Source: an uncultured Actinomycetota bacterium
GTDB taxonomy: Bacteria; Actinomycetota; Actinomycetes; Propionibacteriales; Nocardioidaceae
Length of the DNA stretch: 64,000 nt
Direction: 5' to 3'
Assembly (NCBI GenBank): GCA_963808855.1
Contig: CAWEHA010000003.1
Location: 55,315 to 119,314 of the forward strand
Each line of letters opens with the position of its first letter. Within the stretch, counting starts at the first letter, position 1. Of this stretch, positions 42,342 to 51,805 are shown in pieces. Under the pieces are notes generated by a model. The model did not search any database. It was given only the letters and a program-made list of their open reading frames with translations, and was not told the DNA's origin. A program made the translations under genes and the position numbers.

Positions 42342-43370
42342 TCAGTCGATCTCGCCCGGCTCGACCTCGACGCCGAGCTTCTCCTGCACCTCGGTGAGGC
42401 AGGTGAAGTCGACGTGCTCACGCCAGTCGAAGCCCTCCGGCACGTTCTCGTTCGCGATCATGTCCTCGTTCCAGGATTCGAACGAGTCCTCGCTCGCGCC
42501 GGCCTCGATCGCGATCTGGGTGGCGAACTCGCCGGTCCAGTCCTCGATCTCGGCGTCGGTGGGCTCGATGTCCTGGGCTTCCTTGACGAGCTCGATCACC
42601 GCCTCGCGGTTGTCGATGTGCTCGTCACCGGCGCCCGCGTAGAGGTTCGACTCGATGCGGCCCTCGATGTAGCCGCACACGGCGTCCTTGTTGTCCTCGA
42701 GGAAGTCGGTGCGGACCACCCAGACCTCCTGAGGGGCCTCCACGAACTCCGTCTCGAACATCGTGCCGCCGGCCTCCTCGAGCGGCGCCTGGTGGCGCGG
42801 CTGCAGCTGCGCGACGTCGATCTGGCCGGCGAGGAGCGCCTGGAGCCGCTCGTCCGAACCGCCGTTGACCGGCACGAACTCCATGTCGTCGGGGTCGACG
42901 CCGCGGTTCTCGAGGATGTTCTTGGCCACCTGGATGTTGCGGTCGCCGGTGGCACCACCGGAGATCTTCAGGCCCTCGAGCTCGTCGGGGTCGACGCCCT
43001 CGCGGGCACCCATCCACCACGCCTCGGCGTCCTTGGCGACACCGACGACGGTCAGGTCGACGCTGCCCTCGGCGATGGCCGACCAGATCACGTCGCTCTC
43101 GCCCTGGGCGATCCACACGTCGCCGCCGATGAGACCAGCGAGGTACTCCGGCGACGCCGTGACCTCCGCGGGCTCGTCGAAGCCGAGCTCGGGCCAGTAC
43201 TTCTCGTCGGCCACGATCCACGACATCTGGTTCATGTAGTCGTCGCCGTCGTAGGACATCCGCACCTGGGTGACCTCGCCGCCGTCGCCGCCACCGTCGT
43301 CACCGCCGCACGCCGAGAGCAGGGCGCTGACCGCGCCCAGGCCGGCCACGACCGCCATTGCCTTCTTCAC
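42342..43370 (-). CDS. NitT/TauT-type ABC substrate-binding lipoprotein
   Basis: Lipobox LSAC; operon with two TauC-like permeases and an ATPase. Confidence 0.8.
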   Translation of the reverse strand: MKKAMAVVAGLGAVSALLSACGGDDGGGDGGEVTQVRMSYDGDDYMNQMSWIVADEKYWPELGFDEPAEVTASPEYLAGLIGGDVWIAQGESDVIWSAIAEGSVDLTVVGVAKDAEAWWMGAREGVDPDELEGLKISGGATGDRNIQVAKNILENRGVDPDDMEFVPVNGGSDERLQALLAGQIDVAQLQPRHQAPLEEAGGTMFETEFVEAPQEVWVVRTDFLEDNKDAVCGYIEGRIESNLYAGAGDEHIDNREAVIELVKEAQDIEPTDAEIEDWTGEFATQIAIEAGASEDSFESWNEDMIANENVPEGFDWREHVDFTCLTEVQEKLGVEVEPGEID

Positions 43371-43488
43371 AGTTCCTCCATTGGAATGCTTGTTCAGGAC
43401 CCGATCGGCCGGGTCTCCGTCCTGCTGTGGTGCCCGAGGGTCCGGTCGGTGGGGAGACGTCGTGCCGTCCGCCCGGACTTCTGGCTGG

Positions 43489-44349
43489 TCAGTCGACCAG
43501 CCGGCGTCCGACCATCACCTTCCTCTCGATCCACTGCGTCAGGCCCACCAGGAGCACGCAGAAGAGGACGAAGATGAGGAGCATCGAGTAGATGCGGGCG
43601 CTGTTGAAGTTCTTCTGGGCCAGCGTCATGATGTAGCCGATCCCGTTGACGCCGGTGAACACCTCGCCGATGAACAGGCCGAGGAGCCCGCGGGTGACGC
43701 CCATCCGCACCCCGATGGCGATGAACGGGACCGTCGAGGGCATCACGATCTTGGTGAACAGCTGCAGGCGCCCGGCGCCGAACGAGCGCCCCGCGGTGAG
43801 CAGGCTGTTGTCGACGGTCTTGACGCCCTCCATGATCACCACGAGCGTGGCCGGCACGGCCGAGAGCACGATGATCCAGATGCGGGCGGCGTCGTTGATG
43901 CCGACCCAGAGCAGCAGCAGCGGCATCAGCACGATGCGCGGCATCGTGTAGAGCGCCCACACATAAGTGCTCAGCGCCTTGTCGAGCCACGGGATGCCGC
44001 CGATGGCGAGACCCAGCGGGATGGCGACCGCGAGCGAGATCACCATGCCGATCGCGTAGATCGACAGGCTGATGCCGAGGTTGTTGAAGAGGATCCCCTG
44101 CTCGTGCATCTCGACGGTCTCGGCCCACACGTCGGTGACCGCCGGCAGGTACAGCGTCGGAACGCTGCCGTACTGGGCGACGAGCTCCCAGATCACGAGG
44201 AACGCGGTGAGGTTCAGGATCGAGATCACGATGCGCTGCCAGCGGTTGAAGCGGCGCCGCGACCGGAAGCGGGGTGCGCGGCGGCGGCGCATCGCGCCGG
44301 GCACGAGCGGACGGCGGCCGGGAGCCTCGGGCTGCAGGGTGGCGGCCAT
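43489..44349 (-). CDS. NitT/TauT-type ABC permease
   Basis: EGVKTVDNSLLTAGRSFGA, GIGY. Confidence 0.9.
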   Translation of the reverse strand: MAATLQPEAPGRRPLVPGAMRRRRAPRFRSRRRFNRWQRIVISILNLTAFLVIWELVAQYGSVPTLYLPAVTDVWAETVEMHEQGILFNNLGISLSIYAIGMVISLAVAIPLGLAIGGIPWLDKALSTYVWALYTMPRIVLMPLLLLWVGINDAARIWIIVLSAVPATLVVIMEGVKTVDNSLLTAGRSFGAGRLQLFTKIVMPSTVPFIAIGVRMGVTRGLLGLFIGEVFTGVNGIGYIMTLAQKNFNSARIYSMLLIFVLFCVLLVGLTQWIERKVMVGRRLVD

Positions 44350-45224
44350 CAGATCACCACCTCCTCACGCCAGCGGCTGGCCCACACCTCGAGGCGGCGC
44401 GAGGCCGTGACGAGGAAGAGGGCGATCGCGATGAGCAGGAGGATGAAGCCGAACATCCGCGCGGTGTCGTACATGCGGGCGGACTTGATGACCTCGCCAC
44501 CGATGCCGGCGGCACCGATGAGCAGCTCGACCGACAGCAGGCCGACGAAGCCGCGCGAGATCGCGTTGCGCACGCCGCTGGCGATGAACGGCATCGCCGC
44601 CGGAAAGACCACCTTGAGGAAGACCGCGGTCCTCCCACCGCCGAAGCACCGGGCGGCCCGGACGAGCGAGGCGTCGACGGTCTGCACGCCCTCCTTGCAG
44701 CTGAGGCAGAGCGGGATGGCCGCCGACAGCACGACCATGTAGACGCTGGTGGTGGTGCTGAACCCGGAGATCAGGATCAGCAGCGGCGCGAAGGCGATGT
44801 TGGGCAGCGCGAAGAAGCCCCACAGGTAGGGCGAGGTGATGAGGTCGATCGTCGGCGAGAGGCCGATGATCAGGCCCACGGGGATCGCCAGGAGCGAGAG
44901 CGCCATGCCGAGCGCCAGCGGGCCGGCGCTGTCCTGCACCGCCTGCCACACCGAGCCGTCCTCGACGGCGTCGGCGAACGCCGTGAAGACCGCGCCGGGC
45001 CCGGGCAGGATCAGCGGCTCGGGATCGGTGATCACCACGGCGAGCTGCCAGACCAGGAAGAACAGCGCCAGGCTGATGAAGGCGGGCAGCTGGCGACGCA
45101 CGGCCTTGCCCCACGACTTCTTGCGGGCGGGCCCGAGGTGGGAGCTCCCGCCGGACTGGTGTCCCCGCACCGTCACCTCCTCGCCGGCGGCGGTGCCGAT
45201 GCTCGGAGTGCTGGAGAAGCTCAT
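44349..45224 (-). CDS. NitT/TauT-type ABC permease
   Basis: EGVQTVDASLVRAARCFGG, GIGG. Confidence 0.9.
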   Translation of the reverse strand: MSFSSTPSIGTAAGEEVTVRGHQSGGSSHLGPARKKSWGKAVRRQLPAFISLALFFLVWQLAVVITDPEPLILPGPGAVFTAFADAVEDGSVWQAVQDSAGPLALGMALSLLAIPVGLIIGLSPTIDLITSPYLWGFFALPNIAFAPLLILISGFSTTTSVYMVVLSAAIPLCLSCKEGVQTVDASLVRAARCFGGGRTAVFLKVVFPAAMPFIASGVRNAISRGFVGLLSVELLIGAAGIGGEVIKSARMYDTARMFGFILLLIAIALFLVTASRRLEVWASRWREEVVI

Positions 45225-46126
45225 CGCAGCGCCTCGGGCGGTGCCGCTGACGGCTCGTTGACGATCGACGGCTCCTCGGGGACGGGCTCCCAGGTCGGCT
45301 CCTCGGCGGCCTTCTCGGCCTGCGGGCCGAGCAGCTCCCAGATCCGGTCGCGCAGGGCCTGGAACTCCGGCAGCTTGCGGCTCTCGCGGCTGCGGGGCCG
45401 CGGGATGCCGACCTCGAGGATCTCGCGGATCCGGCCGGGCCGGTTGGTGACCACCGCGATCCGGTCGGCCAGCGTGATCGCCTCGTCGACGCTGTGGGTG
45501 ATGAAGATGATGGCCTGTCCGGTCTCGGCGACGATGCGCGCGAGCTCGTCCTGCATCACCTCGCGGGTCATGGCGTCGACGGCGGCGAACGGCTCGTCCA
45601 TCAGCAGCAGCCGCGGCTCCGTGACGAGGGCGCGGGCCAGGCCGACGCGCTGCCGCATGCCGCCGGACAGCTCGCGCGGGTAGGCCTTCTCGAAGCCCTC
45701 GAGCCCGACGAGCTTGATGTAGTGCTGGACGAGGTCCTTGGTGGAGGAGTCGACCCGCTTCTGCATCTCGAGACCGAACCGGACGTTCTGCTCGGTGGTG
45801 CGCCACGGCATCAGCGCGTAGTCCTGGAACACGACCGCGCGGTCGGTGCCCGGGCCGGTGACCGGCGTGCCGAGCACCTCGATGGTGCCGTCGGACGGCG
45901 GCATGAGGCCGGCGACGACGTTGAGGAATGTGCTCTTGCCACAGCCGCTCGGGCCGACGACGGCGAGGAACTCACCCTGCGCCAGCTCGATGCTGAAGTC
46001 CCGCAGCGCGATCAGCGTGTCCTTCTCGCGGAGCCGGTCATAGGTGACGGCGACGCCGCGCGCCTCGACAGCGAGCGTCTGCGCGCCCAGTTCGCGTCCG
46101 GTGTCGGCCGGATCCCGGTGCTTCAT
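45221..46126 (-). CDS. NitT/TauT-type ABC ATPase
   Basis: GPSGCGKS, LSGGMRQR, LLMDEPF, FITHSVDEA. Confidence 0.95.
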   Translation of the reverse strand: MKHRDPADTGRELGAQTLAVEARGVAVTYDRLREKDTLIALRDFSIELAQGEFLAVVGPSGCGKSTFLNVVAGLMPPSDGTIEVLGTPVTGPGTDRAVVFQDYALMPWRTTEQNVRFGLEMQKRVDSSTKDLVQHYIKLVGLEGFEKAYPRELSGGMRQRVGLARALVTEPRLLLMDEPFAAVDAMTREVMQDELARIVAETGQAIIFITHSVDEAITLADRIAVVTNRPGRIREILEVGIPRPRSRESRKLPEFQALRDRIWELLGPQAEKAAEEPTWEPVPEEPSIVNEPSAAPPEALR

Positions 46127-46160
46127 GTCAGCCCTTCACTGCGGAGGTGAGGAACGCCAC

Positions 46161-46289
46161 TGCAATCGTTTGTGATCGAACTGCCCAGAATCATCGATGT
46201 CAAGCCCTTCGCACGGTGAAACTGAGGTTGTTTCCCTGTTGTGATCGTTTGCAGGACGCCGCGAGTACAAGTCCAATACAAACGTTGGA
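46161..46289 (-). promoter_or_regulatory. ABC operon promoter TTGACA-17-TTCGAT with three LacI-type boxes
   Basis: TGCAATCGTTTGTGA (46161), GTGATCGTTTGCA (46241), TACAAACGTTGGA (46277). Confidence 0.7.
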
Positions 46290-46344
46290 TGTTAATGTAA
46301 CCCAAGTCAGTAGGGATTGGCGGTCGATCCAGCGAGGCTCACAC

Positions 46345-47505
46345 CTAGGCGCTGCGGTAGAGCTTGGTGAGCGTGAACTCGCGGTGCCCGAGCAGCTCGG
46401 CGGCGGTGAGTCGGCCGTTGATCGTGCGCTCGACCACGTCGATGAGGTGCTCGCCCTGCTCCTCCACCGAGGCGCCGCTGGTGAGGAGCGGCGAGCAGTC
46501 GACGTCGATGTGCTCGCCCATCGACGCCACCGTCTTCGGGTTGGCCGAGATCTTCACGACCGGCTGGATCGGGTTGCCGATCGGGTTGCCCTGACCGGTG
46601 GGGAACAGGTTCACGACGCCGCCGCCGGCGGCCATCAGCGTGACGCACTCGGCGGCCGCCGAGGAGGTGTCCATGAAGTGCAGGCCGTTCGTGGTGGGCG
46701 CCTCGGCCGGCGCCAGGGCGCCGACGACCGGCTGGGTGCCGGTCTTGACGATGTTGCCGAGCGCCTTCTCCTCGATCGTCGACAGTCCGCCGGCGATGTT
46801 GCCCTGGGTCGGCTGGGAGCCGAGCAGGTTGGCGCCGGTCTTCTCGATCATGTCGATGTAGTCGTCGTAGAAGCCCTGGAAGCGCGCCCGCACCTCGTCG
46901 CTCACACACCGCTCGGCGATGAGGTGCTCGCCGCCAGTGAGCTCGCTGGTCTCGCCGAAGATCATGGTGCCGCCGGCGTCGACCCACCGGTCGCTGAGGT
47001 AGGCGGTGACCCGGCACGAGCCGAGCCCGGTGGTGGTGTCCGACTCGCCGTCCTTGGTGGTGAGGAGGATCTCGGAGCGCTGCACCGGCTCGCGGCTGTG
47101 CTCGCTGGCGTCCTGGAGGAACTGCTTGGCCACCTTCGCGGCCCTCGGGATGATGCTGAGGTCACCGAAGCCCTCGAGCCACATGCCCTCCACCGGCTTG
47201 CCGGTCTTGGCGATGCCCTCGACCACCCGGCCCGTCCAGTTCGGCTCCACTCCGATCACGATCACGGCCGCCACGTTCGGGTTGGAGCCGATGCCGATCA
47301 GCGTGCGGAAGGTGAGCTCGAGGTCGTCGCCGAACTGCAGCCGCCCGAACGCGTGAGGCAGCGCCATCACGCCGGGGATCAGGGCCGCCACGCCCTCGGC
47401 GGCCGCATTGGACAGGTCGTCGACCGGGAGGATCGCGACGTGGTTGCGGGTGCCGACGGCACCGTTGGGCCGGCGGAATCCGGTCAGGCCACGCTGTTCT
47501 GCCAC
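46345..47505 (-). CDS. suyB: (2R)-sulfolactate sulfo-lyase beta subunit (UxaA family)
   Basis: RNHVAILPVDDLSNAA, PHAFGRLQFGDDLEL, GESDTTTGLGSC, SQPTQGNIAGGLSTIEEKALGN, MDTSSAAAECVTLMAAGG, HREFTLTKLYRSA, matching remembered SuyB. Confidence 0.85.
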   Translation of the reverse strand: MAEQRGLTGFRRPNGAVGTRNHVAILPVDDLSNAAAEGVAALIPGVMALPHAFGRLQFGDDLELTFRTLIGIGSNPNVAAVIVIGVEPNWTGRVVEGIAKTGKPVEGMWLEGFGDLSIIPRAAKVAKQFLQDASEHSREPVQRSEILLTTKDGESDTTTGLGSCRVTAYLSDRWVDAGGTMIFGETSELTGGEHLIAERCVSDEVRARFQGFYDDYIDMIEKTGANLLGSQPTQGNIAGGLSTIEEKALGNIVKTGTQPVVGALAPAEAPTTNGLHFMDTSSAAAECVTLMAAGGGVVNLFPTGQGNPIGNPIQPVVKISANPKTVASMGEHIDVDCSPLLTSGASVEEQGEHLIDVVERTINGRLTAAELLGHREFTLTKLYRSA

Positions 47506-47786
47506 CGGGCACTCCTCACGTTGTGGATGTGGACGTAGTCGCCGACGGCGATGTCGGCGCTGGCGATCGCGGTGCGGACGCCGTACTCGATGACGTCGTC
47601 GCCGCTCGCCACGTCGTGCAGGGCCACCTTGTGCCCGAGCGGGATCGAGGCGAGCACCTCCACCGTGACCGCGGTCGCGCCGTCGAGGAAACCGATCTGC
47701 GCGGAGCCGGGCTCCACGTCGCGCACGGCGACGGCGACGTGGTCACCGTCCTTGTGCGCCAAGAAGCTGGGGAGGGATTCCGACAT
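47484..47786 (-). CDS. suyA: Sulfolactate sulfo-lyase alpha subunit (SAF domain)
   Basis: FLAHKDGDHVAVAV, IPLGHKVAL, VIEYG, VHIHNVRSARW. Confidence 0.82.
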   Translation of the reverse strand: MSESLPSFLAHKDGDHVAVAVRDVEPGSAQIGFLDGATAVTVEVLASIPLGHKVALHDVASGDDVIEYGVRTAIASADIAVGDYVHIHNVRSARWQNSVA

Positions 47787-47798
47787 CGGGACCCTTTC

Positions 47799-47849
47799 TG
47801 GTCAGTGGTCTGACCTCCGACCCTAGAGAGCGGCTCCAGACGGTGTCAA
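47799..47849 (-). promoter_or_regulatory. suyAB promoter TTGACA-18-TAGGGT with FadR-type box TGGTCTGACC
   Basis: Box at 47806-15, partial second TGGTCAG at 47799. Confidence 0.7.
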
Positions 47850-48964
47850 CGGTCACATCCACGAGGTGAGCCGCACGAGCCTCCTGACCCCTCCGCCGGC
47901 GTGACCAGCAGCGGGAGCGGGATTCCCGCCAGCCCTCGGGTGCGCGCCGGCAGCCGCGCGGCCACGTCGCTGAGCACCGCGGCCGCGGGATGTCCAGGGG
48001 CGGAGATCACCAGCGGGACGCCGGCGTCGCCCGCGGCCCGCACCCCGGCGTCCAGCGGGACGCTGCCGAGCAGGGGTGCCTCGGTGGCGGCCGCGAGCCG
48101 CTCTCCCCCACCGGACCCGAAGACGTCGCCGGCCATGTTCTCCACCACGCCGGCGACGGGCATCCGCGCGTCGCGCGCCATCCGCGAGACCCGCGCCGCC
48201 ACCGACTCCGCGGCGTGCTGCGGCGTGGTCACCACGATCATCGACGCCCCGGGCAGCAGCTCCAGCAGCGAGAGGGTCACGTCGCCGGTGCCCGGGGGCA
48301 GGTCGACGAGCAGCACGTCGAGCTGGCCCCAGGCGACGTCGTCGACGAACTGCTCCAGCGCCTTGTGCAGCATCGGACCGCGCCACACCACCGGCTCGTC
48401 GTCGTCGACGAAGAAGCCGACCGACATCAGGCGCACGCCGTGCGCCTCGAGCGGGAACATCAGGCCGGGCACGGCCACCGGCGATCGGCGCACGCCGAAC
48501 AGGGTGGGCTGCGAGTAGCCCCACACGTCGGCGTCGAGCAGGCCCACCCGCGCGCCGGACGCGGCCAGGGAGGCGGCGAGGTTGGCCGTCACGGTCGACT
48601 TGCCGACCCCGCCCTTGCCGGAGGCGACGGCGAACACCCGGGTCGCGCTGCCGAACCCGCCCGGCCGTCGCTGCAGCGGGCGCAGCAGGGACGCGACGGC
48701 GTGGCGGCGGTCGTCGTCGGCGACCTCCACCTCGACCCGGGCCGAGGGCCCGGCCGCCTCCCGCAGCGCGGCCCCGAGGGCGTCGCGGTAGCCCGGGTCG
48801 TCGTCGAGACCCCAGGCGCGCACGTGCACCGTGCCGTGCCGGTGCTCGCCAGTGTCGAGCAGCCCGAGCTCGCCGAGCGGGCGGCCGCTGAGCGGCTCCA
48901 CGACGCCGGCGACGGCCTCGAGCACGGCCCCGACGTCGGCGCGCGGCCGCAGCACCGACCTCAT
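47846..48964 (-). CDS. mrp: Mrp/NBP35/ApbC Fe-S carrier ATPase
   Basis: ASGKGGVGKS, LLDADVWG, VWRGPM, VDLPPGTGD, GVVENM. Confidence 0.93.
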   Translation of the reverse strand: MRSVLRPRADVGAVLEAVAGVVEPLSGRPLGELGLLDTGEHRHGTVHVRAWGLDDDPGYRDALGAALREAAGPSARVEVEVADDDRRHAVASLLRPLQRRPGGFGSATRVFAVASGKGGVGKSTVTANLAASLAASGARVGLLDADVWGYSQPTLFGVRRSPVAVPGLMFPLEAHGVRLMSVGFFVDDDEPVVWRGPMLHKALEQFVDDVAWGQLDVLLVDLPPGTGDVTLSLLELLPGASMIVVTTPQHAAESVAARVSRMARDARMPVAGVVENMAGDVFGSGGGERLAAATEAPLLGSVPLDAGVRAAGDAGVPLVISAPGHPAAAVLSDVAARLPARTRGLAGIPLPLLVTPAEGSGGSCGSPRGCDR

Positions 48965-51795
48965 GCGCCGGCCCCCGGCACGCGGAAGGCGCGGCGCCGC
49001 GGCTTGACCGGACGCATCATGAACTCCGGCCGGCGCAGGCCCTCGGCGTTGGGGCCGGGCCGGGTCATGGCGAGCCACTCGCGGTAGACCTCGCGCGCCC
49101 GCCCGGTGTCGACCTCGACGTCGCCGTACTGGTCGCCGGGTGCGGCCGGCGCCACGGTGACGAGCTGGTGCCAGCAGTGGGCGCCCGACCACGGGTCGGG
49201 CTGCACCGGGAACGTCAGGTTCTGGTGGACGCCGGGGTCGTCCCAGTTGATCCGGGAGCTGTCGGGGTCGTTGCTGCGGAAGGGCGCCGGGTGCTCGGCG
49301 TACCGCATCCGCCACACCCCCTCGTCGCTGCGGTCGATGTCGACCTTCCCGCTGGCCCAGCGGCTGGCGTGGATGTCGTCGAGCCGCCACCGGCCCATGT
49401 GGTGGCTGAGCGCCACGATGCCGGGGCGGATGCCCTGGTGCGCCCACGCCCGCGCCACGAAGTGGCCGATGCGCGTGGTCACCCGCACCAGGTCGCCGGT
49501 GGCGATGCCGAGTCGCGCGGCGTCGTCGTCGTGCACCCACAGCGGGTGGGTGTTGCTCAGCTCGTTGAGGTACTTGGCGTTGCCCGAGCGGGTGTGGATG
49601 AGGGTGGGCAGCCGGAACGTCGGCACGAGCACCACCTGGCCGGCGTCGAGGTCGACCTTGCGGCGCGACACGTGCGACTCGATGTAGCCGGGGGTGGCGT
49701 GCTCGGGCCAGCCGAACGAGGCCATGGAGTCCGACCAGATCTCGAGCTTGCGGCTCGGCGTGAGCCAGCCCGCCACCTCCGAGCCGTCGTCGAGCCGCAC
49801 CCCCACCGCGCCCGCCTCGCCGATGAGCGGCGGCGTGGAGTCGTCGGTGGTGGGCTTGCGGAGCACGCCGTCGGCGTCGGGCTCGGCGCCGGCGCGCTCC
49901 TCGCGGGTGAGCGCGCGCTCGTCCTGGCGGTAGACGTCCTTGCTGATCTCGACGACGCCGTACTTGCGCATGTAGCCGAGCGCCGTGAGCCCCTCGGCCT
50001 CGGCCTTCTCGGGCAGACCGGGCACCCGGTTCTCGAAGACCCAGCGGTAGTACTCGTCGACGGTGACCTTCTCCCCCGGCCGGTAGGGCGACTCGAAGTA
50101 CCGGCGGATGCCGAGCGAGCCGTCGGGGTCGATGCGCCAGGAGAGGTCGAACCAGAACTCGTTCTCCTCCCACACCTCGCCGGGATTGCTCTCGCGGGTG
50201 TCGCTCACCGGCCGGCCGAGCTTCTCCCGCGCCACCCGCTGCACCGGCTGCCGGAACCCGAGCCAGCGGCCCGCGTGGGTCTCGTAGGAGTGGGTGTCGT
50301 GGCGCTCGGTGGCGTGGCCCATCGGCAGCACGTAGTCGGCGAAGATCGCCGTCTCCGACCAGGTCGGCGTCAGCGCGACGTGCAGGCCGACGGCGTCGGT
50401 GCGGGTGAGGGTCTCGATCCAGCTGAAGCCGTCCGGGTTGGTCCACACCGGGTTGTAGACGCGGGTGAAGTAGACGTCGAGGTCGCCGCGGCCGTCCTGC
50501 AGCAGGTGTGGCAGCAGGAACGACATCTCGTTGGTCGACAGCGGGTACTCCGCGGGCCAGAGCAGCTCGTTCCACTGGTCGTGGCCCTCGGGGACGTCGA
50601 AGCCGTGGGCGATGAACTTGTCCCAGCCGTTGGGGCTGGTGCCGCCGGGGGTGCCGACGCTGCCGGTGAGCACGTTGAGGAAGAACAGCGACCGGGCGAC
50701 CTGCCAGCCGCCGAGGTTGCCCGCCGCGGCCGAGCGCCAGATGTGGGCCGAGAGCTTGCTGCCCGCCCCGGCGACGATCTCGGCGAGCGCCTCGATCCGC
50801 TCCACCGGCACCTGCGCCTCCTCCGCGGCGAACTCGAAGGTGTAGCGGGCGTAGTCGTCGGTCATCGCGTCGACGAACGACTCGAAGTCGCGGGGCCGTT
50901 CGGGGTGGAGGCGGTCGAGATAGGTGCCCCAGTTGACCCAGCGCCGCAGGTAGTCGCGATCGATCCGGTCGGTGCGCAGCAGGTACGAGGCGACCGCGAG
51001 CAGGATCGCCGCCTCGCTGCCGGGCCACGGCGCCAGCCACAGGTCGGCGTGGCTCGCCGTGTTGGACATCCGGACGTCGAGCACGACCAGCTTCGCGTTG
51101 CCCTCGTGCTTGGCCTCCATGATCCGCTGGGCGTGCGGGTTGAAGTAGTGACCCGTCTCCAGGTGCGACGAGAGCAGCAGGATCACGTCGGCGTTCGCGT
51201 AGTCGGGCGCGGGCCGGTCGTAGCCGCCCCAGGTGGTGTAGCCGAGCCGGGCGCCGGAGGAGCAGATGTTGGTGTGGCTGTTGTGGCCGTCGACCCCCCA
51301 CGCCAGCAGGAACCGCTCGGCGAAGCCGTCCTCCCCCGGTCGGCCGACGTGGTAGACCACCCGGTCGCGCCGGTCCTGCTCGATCGCGGCGCGGATCCGG
51401 CCGGCGATGTCGTCCAGCGCCTCGTCCCAGGTGCAGCGCTCCCACCCGCCGGCGCCGCGCTCGCCGACCCGCTTCAGCGGGTGCAGGATCCGCTCCGGGT
51501 CCTCGATCTGGTTGATCGTGGCCGGGCCCTTGGCGCAGTTGCGGCCGCGGGAGCCGGGGTGGGCGGGGTTGCCCTCCAGCTTGGTGATCGACAGGTCGTC
51601 CTTCGCCACGTGCGCGAGCAGGCCGCACGCCGACTCGCAGTTGAAGCACGTGGTGGGGATGAGCATGAACTCGCGCTTCACCTTGCGCGGGTGCGCGCGG
51701 GCGTCGTGCGCCACGTGGTGGTCCCAGGTCTCCGGGGGCGGGTAGTTACGCAGGTGCTCATGGCTCCGCGCGCCGGGCAGTTCGTGGGTGGTCAT
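48961..51795 (-). CDS. Mo-bisPGD (DMSO reductase family) catalytic subunit, Cys-ligated, no Tat signal
   Basis: TTCFNCESACG...NCAKG FS0 cluster; HNSHTNICSSG ligand loop; ADYVLP; C-terminal HTRSGN/molydop-binding domain. Confidence 0.92.
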   Translation of the reverse strand: MTTHELPGARSHEHLRNYPPPETWDHHVAHDARAHPRKVKREFMLIPTTCFNCESACGLLAHVAKDDLSITKLEGNPAHPGSRGRNCAKGPATINQIEDPERILHPLKRVGERGAGGWERCTWDEALDDIAGRIRAAIEQDRRDRVVYHVGRPGEDGFAERFLLAWGVDGHNSHTNICSSGARLGYTTWGGYDRPAPDYANADVILLLSSHLETGHYFNPHAQRIMEAKHEGNAKLVVLDVRMSNTASHADLWLAPWPGSEAAILLAVASYLLRTDRIDRDYLRRWVNWGTYLDRLHPERPRDFESFVDAMTDDYARYTFEFAAEEAQVPVERIEALAEIVAGAGSKLSAHIWRSAAAGNLGGWQVARSLFFLNVLTGSVGTPGGTSPNGWDKFIAHGFDVPEGHDQWNELLWPAEYPLSTNEMSFLLPHLLQDGRGDLDVYFTRVYNPVWTNPDGFSWIETLTRTDAVGLHVALTPTWSETAIFADYVLPMGHATERHDTHSYETHAGRWLGFRQPVQRVAREKLGRPVSDTRESNPGEVWEENEFWFDLSWRIDPDGSLGIRRYFESPYRPGEKVTVDEYYRWVFENRVPGLPEKAEAEGLTALGYMRKYGVVEISKDVYRQDERALTREERAGAEPDADGVLRKPTTDDSTPPLIGEAGAVGVRLDDGSEVAGWLTPSRKLEIWSDSMASFGWPEHATPGYIESHVSRRKVDLDAGQVVLVPTFRLPTLIHTRSGNAKYLNELSNTHPLWVHDDDAARLGIATGDLVRVTTRIGHFVARAWAHQGIRPGIVALSHHMGRWRLDDIHASRWASGKVDIDRSDEGVWRMRYAEHPAPFRSNDPDSSRINWDDPGVHQNLTFPVQPDPWSGAHCWHQLVTVAPAAPGDQYGDVEVDTGRAREVYREWLAMTRPGPNAEGLRRPEFMMRPVKPRRRAFRVPGAGA

Positions 51796-51805
51796 CGGGC
51801 TCCGT

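Noticed and set aside
48961-51795. Formate dehydrogenase or selenocysteine recoding
   Set aside because: No in-frame TGA, the ligand loop lacks the FDH C/U-H motif, and the partner is NrfD-type.
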